This document shows, piece after piece, positions 23,242 to 35,462 of a DNA stretch of 64,000 nt. A program made the translations under genes and the position numbers. Origin of the DNA: Eledone cirrhosa (taxonomy: Eukaryota); the NCBI GenBank assembly GCA_964016885.1, contig OZ024747.1:48484001-48548000 (forward strand). Direction: 5' to 3'. A model generated the notes under the pieces. It searched no databases and was not told where the DNA came from. It worked only from the letters and a program-made list of their open reading frames with translations. Position 1 is the stretch's first letter, and each line of letters begins with the position of its first letter.

Positions 23242-26200
23242 ATGACCTCACTCAGAATAGGCAGCATAAATGCGCGTGGCTTGGGGTCGTCATGGAAGCA
23301 GGGTCACCTGCTCAACGACCTCAGGTCACTAAACATAGATGTAGTGGCCATCAGCGAGACCAGAATCTCCGAAGCACGGGCCTTCGCACCGATCTTCGGC
23401 GGCTTTGATGTGTACGCATCTCCCAGCCGTCCTGGATCCGGTGGAGGAGTTGCTGTGCTTTTTCGGAGAGGTTTGGATCTCGCCATACGGGCCATCTTCC
23501 TGGACCCAGAGGGTAAGCTGTTGGTGCTGGACGTGACCAGCGGAGACGGGCAAGCTTTCAGGCTAGTGGCCGTCTATGCCCCGACAGGAGCAGGGCGGCC
23601 TGATTTCTACCGGCGTCTGGAGACCTTTCTTGGAACGTCCTGCTCTTTAGTGTTAGTGGGCGACTGGAACGGGATCTTAGATGCACGCTGGGACTGTGTG
23701 GGATTAGCGGATAGGGGTGGAGGGTGCAAGAGCCTCACCAACCTGCTCAGGCGTTTTGAACTGTCTGACAGGTACCGATTGGATTTCCCGAATGTGCCAA
23801 TGTGGACTTGGACAAACCGCATAGGGTCATCCAGATCATATCTAGATAGAGTATTTTGTAGGGAAATAGATAGGTCTAGCATAGGCTGTCCACAATTCAA
23901 GATAGTCAGCTACACGGACCACAAATTCGTGATCTTTGTGCTTGACTTAGATAGGCTTCATAGACGAGGACCCGGCTACTGGAAGCTAAACGCGTCCTTA
24001 CCAGCGCGCAAGGCCTACAGAGACCGGATTAGCGAACTAGTTAAGCGGGCGTTGACGGGGGCCATCGTCAACAACAAGTGGTGGTTTGCTCTGAAAAGAG
24101 CGATTAGAATAGAATCGATTAGGTTTAGTAAGGCTTTAGCAATAGAGAAAAATAGAGCAGAGGGAGAACTAGTTAGAAAATTAGACGAGGCGCTTAGCAA
24201 AGGCATTGCGACCGACGTGCTTGCGGCGAAATTGGCCCTTGACCAATTCTTCAATGCAAAGCACGAAGGCTGCGTTGTCAGAGCAAGGGTGCGTGCTCTC
24301 AGACACGAGGGGACGAAAGCCGTGCAATGGGCCCGAGTGGCGGAGGCGCGTCGTGGCAACAAAGCCACGATCCGGTCTTTGGTGGACCACGACGGGCGCA
24401 TGCTACTCGATCCCGGGCAAATGTGTGGAGCTTTTCAGCGACACTTCGCTCAGCTGTTCGGGGGCAGCGGGGGGCCGGGTAGAGGGATGGACTTTAGTGT
24501 CTACCTCGACGGACTGCCGCGGCTCTCGGCCACTGAGGCGAAGTGTTGCGAAAAGCCGATAACAGCCGCTGAAGTAAGGGAGGCAATGACTGGCTGCACA
24601 AGGGGTAAATCGCCTGGTTTGGATGGTCTGCCCTATGAACTTTACGTACAGATGCCAGACTTGTTCGGAGGCCTCTTGGCGGACGTCTACTGCAACTGGC
24701 AACAGAACGGGAGAATTCCCAGTTCTGTGAGCCGAGGAGCGGTGGCACTGCTGAGAAAGGATCCGAACAAGGGGGATAACATAGAAAATTTCCGGCCCAT
24801 AACTCTGCTAAACACAGAGTTTAAGATTTTGGCCAAGGTGCTAGCAAAGAGGTTGGCGCTTGTCGTTGGTGGTCTGGTGGGAGAGGCGCAGACATGCGCC
24901 ATTCCCGACAGATCCATCCACGACAACCTCCACCTCATGCGATACATCGTAGAGAGGGTAGCTAGGGAACCTGGCACGGGTGGGTCCTTGATCAATTTAG
25001 ATCAGTCGAAAGCTTTCGATAGGGTCGACCATCGTTACCTAGCGGCAGTCCTGAGGGCGGCTGGCTTTGGGCCCGTCTTCAGAGGCTGGATCGCTGCCAT
25101 GCACAGCGACATCTGCTCTGTGGTGAGAGTGAACGGTCACCTGTCGGAACCGTTCAACATCATGCGCTCGGTCCGCCAAGGATGTCCCCTCTCGTCCCTC
25201 TTGTACGTATTGACGCTCGAGCCATTACTGCACAAACTGGAGACGTTGAGGGGAGTCCCGCGCGAACTAGGATGCGGAAGATCCGTGTCAGCATATGCGG
25301 ACGATGTCACCGTAGTGGTGTCGAACGCCAAACACATCGAGGCGATCGGCACTACACTAAGAGAATACGAAGCGGTGACAGGAGCAATGATCAACCAGGA
25401 AAAGTCAGTGGGCCTGCAGCTCGGCACCTGGAGAGGCAGGTCCATGCCGTCCAACAGCGTCGTCGGGCGCTGGACGGACGGACCGGTTAAATTGCTAGGG
25501 GTCTGGTTCGGTCCGGACCTCCAGACGGACAAAAACTGGGACGAGGTGACGAGCAGGGTGGCTTCTCTCACCCAGAAATGGGCGGAGAGGAAGCTATCCC
25601 TGAAAGGTCGAGCGGAGGTGGCTAACGCGTACATCGCGTCTGTCATCTGCTACCGCCTAACCGTCGTACCTTGTCCTAAGCCTCGCCTGACTGCGCTGGA
25701 GCGTTTGCTCTTTCGCTTTTTGTGGAAGGGACGTGCTCCGATGGTCAGGCGGTCCATCTGTTGTCAACACCCGCTACGTGGAGGGCTGGGCATGCCGTGG
25801 CTGATGATGCGCAGGCACGCGCTCAGGCTACGACATCTCCACCTCTTCCTCGACGGTGATCAGGTGTGGTCGCCGTTTGCTAGACGCGTTTTTCCCCAGC
25901 TCGTTTCCTTGACGGAGCTGCAGTCCTGGGTCAAGCGAAGACCGAGAGGGAGCGCCTGGAGACTGGAATGTCTTCAGGCGCTCACAGCCCTCGACCAATC
26001 GGGCAATGTGATCGGTGGAAACTCCACCTCGGCGTTCTATAGAGGATTAGTGGAGGGGAAGAGCGACGACGTACTTGGGGAAACTCTAGGCGTCGACGAA
26101 AATCAACTAGCCAATCTCTTCGGAAGAACTTTCGGGCCAGGGCCTATGGACAACTTCCAGAAATCTCTGGCCTGGCAGTGCTACCGAGGAGCCTTGCCAG

Positions 26201-26661
26201 TTCGGGATAAACTCTACAGGCATGGAGGTGCCGTCAGCCGGGCATGTCCGAGATGCGCGCAGGGCGACGAAACCGTCCTGCACGCACTCGTCCAGTGTCC
26301 GAAAATTGCTGACTTGTGGGTTTATGTCGAACACCTGCTGTCGCGTTTAGGACGGATCCAGCTATCATCTGAGTCTATCGTGAGGATTGCCCCGCCCTCC
26401 TCCTTTAGCCGGGAAGGGCAGGCAGTTTTTATCTGTCTGGTGGCCATGGCGAAAGAGATAGTATGGTGGACACGTTTGAAAGGGCTGAAGACGAGCACTT
26501 ACCTCTTCGGTGATGCTCTGATTGACTTTTTCAAATTTCATTTGAAAAGGAAAATCAGAGTAGAGAGGGAAGTGCTCTCTTCCCAGCATTTTGTTGAAAG
26601 ATGGGTGAGAGAAGCAAGAATGGCCCGAGTGAATGGGCCGACTCTGAGTATATATCTGTAA
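23242..26661 (+). CDS. Intact Tx1-like ORF2p (1139 aa): APE endonuclease, reverse transcriptase, Cys/His motif
   Basis: All APE and RT motifs in one frame, YADD catalytic motif, CPRCAQGDETVLHALVQC. Confidence 0.95.
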   Translation: MTSLRIGSINARGLGSSWKQGHLLNDLRSLNIDVVAISETRISEARAFAPIFGGFDVYASPSRPGSGGGVAVLFRRGLDLAIRAIFLDPEGKLLVLDVTSGDGQAFRLVAVYAPTGAGRPDFYRRLETFLGTSCSLVLVGDWNGILDARWDCVGLADRGGGCKSLTNLLRRFELSDRYRLDFPNVPMWTWTNRIGSSRSYLDRVFCREIDRSSIGCPQFKIVSYTDHKFVIFVLDLDRLHRRGPGYWKLNASLPARKAYRDRISELVKRALTGAIVNNKWWFALKRAIRIESIRFSKALAIEKNRAEGELVRKLDEALSKGIATDVLAAKLALDQFFNAKHEGCVVRARVRALRHEGTKAVQWARVAEARRGNKATIRSLVDHDGRMLLDPGQMCGAFQRHFAQLFGGSGGPGRGMDFSVYLDGLPRLSATEAKCCEKPITAAEVREAMTGCTRGKSPGLDGLPYELYVQMPDLFGGLLADVYCNWQQNGRIPSSVSRGAVALLRKDPNKGDNIENFRPITLLNTEFKILAKVLAKRLALVVGGLVGEAQTCAIPDRSIHDNLHLMRYIVERVAREPGTGGSLINLDQSKAFDRVDHRYLAAVLRAAGFGPVFRGWIAAMHSDICSVVRVNGHLSEPFNIMRSVRQGCPLSSLLYVLTLEPLLHKLETLRGVPRELGCGRSVSAYADDVTVVVSNAKHIEAIGTTLREYEAVTGAMINQEKSVGLQLGTWRGRSMPSNSVVGRWTDGPVKLLGVWFGPDLQTDKNWDEVTSRVASLTQKWAERKLSLKGRAEVANAYIASVICYRLTVVPCPKPRLTALERLLFRFLWKGRAPMVRRSICCQHPLRGGLGMPWLMMRRHALRLRHLHLFLDGDQVWSPFARRVFPQLVSLTELQSWVKRRPRGSAWRLECLQALTALDQSGNVIGGNSTSAFYRGLVEGKSDDVLGETLGVDENQLANLFGRTFGPGPMDNFQKSLAWQCYRGALPVRDKLYRHGGAVSRACPRCAQGDETVLHALVQCPKIADLWVYVEHLLSRLGRIQLSSESIVRIAPPSSFSREGQAVFICLVAMAKEIVWWTRLKGLKTSTYLFGDALIDFFKFHLKRKIRVEREVLSSQHFVERWVREARMARVNGPTLSIYL

Positions 26662-26921
26662 ACTAAAGGTGGAAAACTGGGAGAGGGCACTTGCCTTGGT
26701 GGTCAGGGTCATTGTGGCTTTTTACTGGGCTTTCTCCACAAATGTCCCTCCGAAGTCTCCCCCCTATTGGGGAATTTTTCATTGTTATTTTCATTGTTAT
26801 TTTTGTTACATCCTCTGTTTTTGTTTTTTTACACGCAGAAATGCCCATTTGTACCGTCCTGCATTGTCCTGCACTGTCCTTAATGTCTACTTTATGTAAA
26901 CCCTTGTGGTTAATAAAGAAA

Positions 26922-26986
<65 letters not shown>

Positions 26987-28224
26987 GTTCTTTGAGTCTC
27001 AGTCATTGATGTTATTTAAATGGAAACTTTGTTTAAATCAATATCAAGCCGCTACCTGCAGCCTCAGCTATTCAGGACGTATAGGAGGGTTCTTGCTGTT
27101 CCCAGCAACCATGCCTTTTGAAGAGTTCCAAAAAGCGGGGCTGGACTAATCTTCTTTAACCATCCTCGGAAACTCTTTGAGATAGTACCTAGTGCGCCTC
27201 TGTCAATCAGGACGACCTTGATCTCATGACAGTTCCAAATCCTTTTTTAATCCCACTTTAAATCCTTGTATCGATTAATTTTCTCCTTTTTTCCTTGCAC
27301 TCTCGTTTCAAATGGGAAGGCTACATCTACAATCAGACACGATCTTTTTTCCTTGTCCAAAACCACCAGGTCAGGCCTATTGTGTTCTAATTTCTTGTCC
27401 GTCTGTATCCTAAAATCCCACAGCACTTTCACCTGATCGTTTTCTATCACTGATTTTGGCTTATGCTCATACCATTTCTCAGAATGTGGTAAATTGTTTA
27501 GTTTGCATAGATACCAGTGGATCACCCTGCCCATCACATCATGTCTCTAGCCTTTATAGTGAGTCTGGGCTAGGTGTTTACACTCGGATACAATGTGAGC
27601 CACAGTCTCCTCTCTCTCTCCACTGATCCCACACAGTGAGCTAGCCTCCTCCTTGTCAATATGGTGTTTCACCCAATTCGTTTTGAGGGCCTGCTCTTGC
27701 GCAGCCATTAGCATTCCTTCTGTAGCTTTTTTAAGGTCTCCTATTTTTAACCAGTTCTATATCTGTGGATCTCTGAATTCCGTTTTCTTAAAGAAGGTAC
27801 TATGAAGGGATTTTTCATGAAGGCTGCTCTTCCTCCTTATTGTTATTTCCTCCTTGGACATCTCCTGGTCTATTGTCTTCTCCTTCAGTACAATTTTGAG
27901 CATTGGCTCCTTACTGGCAGACACATATTTGTGCAGGTTGTTTTTCTCCATCTGAACACAGTCCTCTATGCTGATAAGACCTCTTCCACCCTCAGATCTC
28001 CTTAAGTAGAGTCTATCAACTTCACTCCTCTTGTGGAACATGTTGTAGATAGTCAATAGCTTACTAGTCTTCCTATCCATTTCTTTTTGTTCAGCAACAT
28101 TCCATCTCAGAATTCCTGCACTGTACCTAATAATAGACACAGCTCGGGAATTCACTGCACTTATGACATTCCTAATATTTAGATGTGATTTTAGTATGTT
28201 CCTTACTCTCCTTATGTATTCAGT
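26987..28224 (-). mobile_element. Older 5'-truncated Dong/R4-type copy 3
   Basis: ORFs 27247..27537 and 27757..28155 homologous to other copies with stops and frameshifts; same 3' UTR; tail-to-tail with Tx1 copy 2 across (ATT)n at 26924-26986. Confidence 0.9.
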
Positions 28225-28227
28225 GTA

Positions 28228-28415
28228 TTGGCAGTATCGGTAGAGGGTCGGGCGCCATGCTTTTCAGCATAGTTATTTACCTTTGCGATCTGAGGTCGAA
28301 TCCTGCCGAGGTTGACTTTGACTTTCATCCTTGCGGGGTCGATAAAATAAAGTACCAGTAATGTACTGGGTAATTGCTGGCCTTGTGCCGCCAAAAGTAG
28401 AAACAATTATTATTA
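28228..28415 (+). mobile_element. tRNA-derived SINE (family also at 33255, 34880, 40684, 56277, 61400)
   Basis: A-box TGGCAGTATCGGTAG, B-box-like GGTCGAATCC, central CTTTCATCC..CGGGGTCGATAAAATAAAGTACCAG, short ATT tail. Confidence 0.8.
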
Positions 28416-30024
28416 TCTTATCAGTGTCAGTTACAATATATTGAAGAGTAAGAGCAAAAGAACATTATAATGAAAAGATAGTAATAAAGTATTGAAAAGT
28501 ATTACAAAGTAAAGCTGTTTTGAAGCTATATGATATATGCAAGGAATATTACTTATAAAACATATCAAGAATATTATACCAAGAATATAAATAATAGCAA
28601 AGAGCATGCAATAAGGTAAGACAATTGTGTAGTGATAGCATACATATAGGTGTTATACATTATAAGCATTATCAGATATATTAGTTATAGGCGAAGATAT
28701 TTATGCCAAAAGTTATATAAAGTTTATGTAGAAAATGTTAATATCTATATTTGTGAAGTATAGAATTGTACAGTTCAAACAAATATATAAAACAAACACT
28801 TAATCCAAAGGCATGGATTTTAAGGTCCCTCTTTTTTACTGTTGTATTACTAATTTGATGTCGTTGCTGTTGTGTCATATTTATAAATTCAATTGATATT
28901 ATCATTTATAAACAGTGAGTTATATTGATTGATTATATATATAGATAATATACATAATGGTTGGCATTTTTCAAAGTGGTACACCAAGCTAGACTACGTT
29001 GAAATTCAAACATCAGCTTGCAAAAAACCTTAAGATTGTGATAGTGTAAACAGATTCGTATTGACCGTTACAGTTTAAAAGATTTGATGAATTGAGACAA
29101 AGGGAGTTAATTAAATAAGGGAGGTAATTAATAAATGTATTGAGAATAATAAGAAATATTAAGAGAACTTTTGTATAATCTATATATTATTTATTTATTT
29201 AATTATCCTTTACCAAATTGTGTTAAGAATGTCAAAGTTTGTATCTATACATGTTAGGTTTATAGTATATAATTTATGAACCCTATTAGCAGCTACCTCT
29301 TGTGTGTTATATTTATTAATATTAGCTATAATAGAGGTTGGTTACAATCTTATATTATCCATCTTAAATCTAGGTGATGATATCAACTCACTATTATAAA
29401 TGAATTTATATGACTTCATATCAAATAATATGTTAAGTATTAAGAAAAGTAATTAAAGGGACAGAGATGAAATAATTAAATGGAAGATACTTTAAGAAGG
29501 ATAACAAAAGAAGGTATATAATGTATTTATTTAATCTATTTTAGGGTTATTAATGGAATAATGTATAAATAGAGTATAAGATATATATATATATTTCGTT
29601 TCTGAATTTGTTTAGCAAGATTCTTTATCTGAAATCGTGTGTTGAAACCGATATTGTTATACTTTGGGAGGGTCATGTTGCCAATAAGAAACACACGCAC
29701 CAGTTGCTTTCACTTCAATTTATTATAATAAATTTATAAATTTAGGAATTTATAAATTTCTGGTTGGTTGGTTCCACAACCAGATAGTTGTTTATATATA
29801 TTGTCAAAGTTCTTTCGTCACACATTTTGTGCCTCCACTTTGTTCTGTCACATTTTATTATCTCCATTATTCTTGGTTTAAGAAATACATCAACAATTTC
29901 CTTTCTTAAAACAAGAATTAGGTACATCTTAGAAAAAGTATAAATTATTCAAGGGTCTTTGAAAATGTTCAAGGACAACACTTATGATGTGGAAATGCTC
30001 TAACAATATTTACCGGTCTTAGTA

Positions 30025-30417
30025 CGAGGGCAATCCCAACAGTAAGGTCTCCTTCCGATATTGCAACTTTTCCGTTAAAATCCTGTGGATGGTGCTTCGG
30101 GAAACCTCAGGAACCAAAATGCAGAGAGCATCCAGAGTGATCCGCCGATCTTTACGCATGTTTTCCTCGGAAAGGAGACCTTACTTTTGGGATTGCCCTC
30201 TATATAATAACTGCGCGAAATTACGCACTTGGCGGTAGGGTTCAACGGGAGCTCCATTCTCAACGGCTGCCAAGCCAAGATTGAGCATCCCAGCGAAGCG
30301 CGTGCATGCTTGTTTGAGAGTGAAGGAAGCACCAACCACAACAGTGTTGCCAACAGCCGCACGAACAGTTTCTCTGCGTCCCCATCGCTTTGAACCTTAC
30401 TTTTGGGATTACCCTCG
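30025..30417. mobile_element. Tc1/mariner-type MITE with TA flanks and a third internal TIR copy (30172-30200)
   Basis: TA-CGAGGGCAATCCCAACAGTAAGGT ... ACCTTACTTTTGGGATTACCCTCG-TA. Confidence 0.75.
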
Positions 30418-30699
30418 TATTTCTATTTTCCAAGAAGGTGTCTATGTCTGTCCATATAGGGAGTCTTTCAATGTTAACTTTGCCTTTCAATCCTTCGGGA
30501 TAGATAAATAAAGTAGCAGTGGATTAATGGAATTGTTAAAGAGTCGGACAGGATACTCTGTGGTTTCTGGTCCAACTCTGTGTGTTCTAAGATCAAATTC
30601 CACCACCTTTCGAGTGGCAGATTGTGTGTCAGTAAAAGCAAGACCAATTGAAACATAGTTTCCTTGGTCTGATCTAACGATCACCTTTCCTTTCTCTTT

Positions 30700-31190
30700 T
30701 CAATGCTATTACAGAAATGGTTGTACATAACACCAGCTGGACAAGTGGGATGATAAGAACACATTCATTAACTGCTATAATTACTTTAATTTAACGGCTA
30801 GCTTGCTGTAATTCCTTGGCAATTCAGCTCGTTTTTGCATAAAACCATACTCATTTGATATCGTTATCTCGATAATTATTAGGTTATTATCAATTTTGTC
30901 ACAGAGGATGATATCAGGCATAATTGAGGTCGATATGTACACTAAAGTATTTTCATTTTTTAAGACATGTGGCGGTTTATATGAGCATCACGTATCTTCT
31001 TTATCTTGCTTACTTCGAGGTAAGACAGCAGCCATTTTGACTTTAATTCATAGTCTCTATGGGAAAGCCACAGGACAATAACAGTGGCTATACAGACAAG
31101 TGCGAATCTCAATATTTGCATCAGTATAAAGCTTGATAATTTAATTATCACAACGAAAATGGTGCTTTTGAAAATGTCGTTTACTGCACT
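30700..31190 (-). mobile_element. Highly decayed RLE-type non-LTR fragment
   Basis: Minus-strand translation near 30860-30920 gives PDIILCDKIDNNLIIIEITISNE, a PD-(D/E)xK RLE core pattern. Confidence 0.5.
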
Positions 31191-31223
31191 TCTCTATTCA
31201 GTGAGCTTCCGACCAGAAGTATT

Positions 31224-31306
<83 letters not shown>

Positions 31307-31449
31307 ACGAAGGAGTTGTGGTAAGGAACCAGATGGACCATAACGCACCAGAGTACACAATACTTAGGGTAGTAGAGTGGGTAATAGGAAAAGGTATGTC
31401 CTTGACGGCAGAGCTCAAGCCGTTTCGACGACTATTTCTGGACTGTATA

Positions 31450-31565
<116 letters not shown>

Positions 31566-32299
31566 AGCACGGACACTCTATCTCAAAATTATTTTTGAAA
31601 AGCATTTAGAAATGCGCAACCGGTAAAAACTTAAAAACTTAAAACCACAACTGAATACTAACCCATACAATCACTAATACTCTTTTATTCCTAATTAAAC
31701 CATTTTTCAACTGTGAACAATTTGTCAGCATTTTCTATTCCGTTTACCAATATATATATGTATATATATATGTATATATATATGTATATGTATGTATAGT
31801 AATAATAATAAATGTGAAGACTAAAATCCAAAGAGGGTTCGATAAGGATAGATATATATCAAATATATAAGAAACCAAGAGCAAATATTTATTAAAATAA
31901 CATATTAAAGTTTAAGCAAAGAATGGCTGCGTCACCCTTAACGGGATGTTCTGAAACTAAAAAAAATCAATCTGTGAACGCAGAAGTAAATATTTCGAAA
32001 AACGTTGGAACCGAACGAAAACAGGAAGACGATACTTTGGTTCGTGAAGACGTTCCCTGGCAATGAAAGGAAAAAGAGCGAGGATAATACGTCGTTATGT
32101 GGAGCGGTGAGAACAAATAGACGCAAAGACAAAACCACGTTTATGGTATAAATGAAGTCGTAGACTAATATTCTATTTAGGAAACCGAATGATTCTCGGC
32201 TTCGGAGTTAAGAATAATGTAAATAAATTAGTAGAACGAAAATGACAGAGGTTAGTAAAATTAGTAATAATTAAATAAATAAATACACACACCTTCTCC

Positions 32300-33090
32300 C
32301 CCTGTTGATGTCAAGTTCCCCCAAAGCACTTGGGATGCCATCCAGTGCAGCCTGGCCTCAGACAGGTTCACGCGCCAGCTCGATCAGCACCGCCTTGCTT
32401 GTTTTCGTGCGGCCTCTAAACCCCACAGTGGTGCCTGGCTCCATGCCAGGCACCACAGTGGTGCCTGGCTCCATGCCCTGTCCTCCTTCTCCACTGGCAT
32501 GCAGCTAGACAATAATAGCCTGCGCATTGGCGTTTCCTTGAAACTCGGCATCCGGATCTGCGAGCCACACTAATGTCGCTGCGGATTCACTGTGCTCTTT
32601 CGGCCTCCACCCGCTTTCCTCTCGTCACAGTGCCGGCCGCCTTCCACGCCATGCTGCCCTCAACGAGGTCATAAAGCATGGCTTGGACACTGCAGGCTTC
32701 CCCTCCCAGTTCGAGCCGGTGGGGCTGGACCGAGGGGACGGCAAAAGGCCAGATGGCATGACCATCTTCCCGTTCCGCGGTGGCAAACCCCTCGTCTGGG
32801 ATGCCACTTGCACCGACACTTTCTGCAGCCGCAGTCTGCGATTAACCCGGGTTCTGCTGCACGTCGGACTGAGGAGGTTAAACTCCATAAATATCGGTCG
32901 CTCTCCGACAGGTTTGCGGTTGAAGCCTTGGCAGTGGAAACTTCTGGTGTCCTCGGCCCCAGGGATACCTCCCTACTAACCACCATAGGCGCTGAGCTGG
33001 CCAGCCGCAAGTTAGAGTGACCTTTCCAGCGCGTCTCCCTTGCCGTCCTCCGGGGAAACGCCTTCTCCATTCTGACCACCGGGGCTGTGA
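32300..33090 (+). mobile_element. CRE-clade non-LTR retrotransposon 3' fragment (CCHC + RLE)
   Basis: [50 protein letters not shown] across frameshifts. Confidence 0.8.
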
Positions 33091-33254
33091 GTGTGTGTGT
33101 GTGAGTGTGGGGGTGGGGGGTGCATCGCGTATAATTCCATATTTAATTATGGTCGGTATGTGTGTGTTTATATATATTACTTTTATTTTCATTCAGCATC
33201 ATGCCATTTCTTATATTACATGATACTAACTGTTATCTCACATATAATTTATAT

Positions 33255-33440
33255 AATTGTTCCTACTTTTGGCACAAGGCCAGCAATTATTCCAGTGCAT
33301 TACTGGTACTTTATTTTATCGACCCTGTAAGGATGAAAGGCAAAGTTAACCTCGGCGGGATTTGAACTCAGACTATAAAGGGCCGTAACTCTTTGCTGCA
33401 AAGCATGGCGTCAGACCTTCTACCGATACTGCCATTCACT
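33255..33440 (-). mobile_element. tRNA-derived SINE copy
   Basis: Reverse complement of the 28228 family. Confidence 0.8.
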
Positions 33441-33576
33441 CACTCACACACAAACTCTCCCCCTCTCTCTCTCTCTATCTCTCTCTCTCAAAACCTACAA
33501 ATAAACACAAAATACATTCGTACATACATGGGTGCATCAAACCCATACACATACACAGTTATACACACACACACAC

Positions 33577-33730
<154 letters not shown>

Positions 33731-34259
33731 ACACACAACTGTGGCAGAGTCGTTAATGCGTCGTGTGTTATTTGTTCTGGTTCTTGTCGCTCTGAGTTAA
33801 AATTTCGCCACCCATTCTCTTCGAGTCGATAAAGTAGTTCCCAATGCTTGTCTATGGCAGTACACAGCGCCAGACAAAATGTCCTGCTGTATATATTGCG
33901 GTCGTGGAGGTTTCAAAGCTCACCTTGGGTGAAAGGAAAGACATATAATATATAAGTAGTAGCTGTTAATTCTCCCTCTAAAGACTCTATTGTCTTTAAA
34001 AAAAAAAAAGACTTATGGTATGATGGAGTTGGATGCTGTGGACGTGTTGTGGTGAAGTAAAATCACTTCACCTTTAACTCCTACAAAATACTTCAGCAAT
34101 GTTGGTAAAGTCTCTGCCGCCGTCTCATTCGCTCTCCCCATCTCTCACTATCAGAAGCAAATGGAGGCTCACGAGGTGTTTACAGTTGCAACGCCACTAA
34201 TCATAAGTTTGCTCGCTGACGTACGACCTTGGGCTAAACAATAGCAAGAATTAAAACAT

Positions 34260-34640
34260 ATCCACCACCACCACCACCACCACCACCACCACTACTACTT
34301 CCACCATACCGCCTCCCTTATCACCACCATCAACAACACCACCCCTACTAACAGTCTCTCCACCACCACCACCACCACCACCACCACAATACCACACAGT
34401 AACAGACCCACACCCCCACCACTGTGTAACTATGTCACGTGTCTATTCATATAAATTCACAATCGTTATGTGTTGAGAGATTAATTCTTCTGTCCTTGAC
34501 TTGGTGTCTATAGATTATTGTTGATAGTAAGTGGTGGTCATGGCAAGACCGTCTGATATTGGTGGTTGTAGTGATGATGATGATGATGATGATGATAATG
34601 GATATGATCGTAGTGATGGTGAATAGGACGATGAAAATGT

Positions 34641-34681
<41 letters not shown>

Positions 34682-34880
34682 GTGATAATGATGATGATGA
34701 TGGTGGTGATGATGATGATGGTGATAATGGTGATGATGATGACGGTGATGATCTTGATGGTGATGGTGAAGGGGAATTGGATGATGATGATGATGTTGGC
34801 GATGTTGAGGATTATGGTGATGATGATAACGATAAATGTGATGATGATGGTGAGGATGATGATGATGATGATAATGATAA
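34260..34880. repeat. (CAC)n and (GAT/GGT)n low-complexity tracts
   Basis: Direct reading. Confidence 0.85.
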
Positions 34881-35066
34881 TAATTGTTTCTACTTTAGGC
34901 ACAAGGCCAGCAATTATCCCAGTGCATTACTGGTACTTTATTTTGTCGACCCCGCCCATAAGGATGAAAGGCAAAGTTTAACCTCGGCGGGATTTGAACT
35001 CAGATCATAAAGGGACGTAACTCTATGCTTCAAAGCATGGTGTCCGACTCTCTAGCGATACTGCCG
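34880..35066 (-). mobile_element. tRNA-derived SINE copy
   Basis: Reverse complement of the 28228 family. Confidence 0.8.
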
Positions 35067-35373
35067 ATAATGATGATATGATGATTTGATGATATGATGA
35101 GGATGAGTTCATAGTAGCTCTGGCGGCTTGGTAGTAGTTACTGCTCCACCTCTGATTGGAAGATATTTTCATTTCTTTTTTTCAATATTACTGAGAGGAT
35201 CTGTGTTAAGAGAACAGCCGTTCATTTCCATGCCTATTCAATTAAAATATAAATAAAAAAGGTATACACACTTTGATTACCTATACAGGCAATATTTATT
35301 AGAATACTGAAGTGTGTATATATTTTTTGAGGACACCCTGTATATATATATATAATGTTTTATTAGGCAGATG

Positions 35374-35442
<69 letters not shown>

Positions 35443-35462
35443 TAACTACACACATATACATA

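Larger units (their letters stand above)
20890..26923 (+). mobile_element. Full-length Tx1/L1-clade element, copy 2 (ORF1 frameshifted, ORF2 intact)
   Basis: Starts GAATGCCATGG after (ATT)6, ends AATAAAGAAATC before (ATT)n; near-identical to copy 1. Confidence 0.94.

Noticed and set aside
28228-28310. tRNA gene
   Set aside because: A and B boxes are present but no full cloverleaf; it continues into a repeated SINE body found many times in the window.
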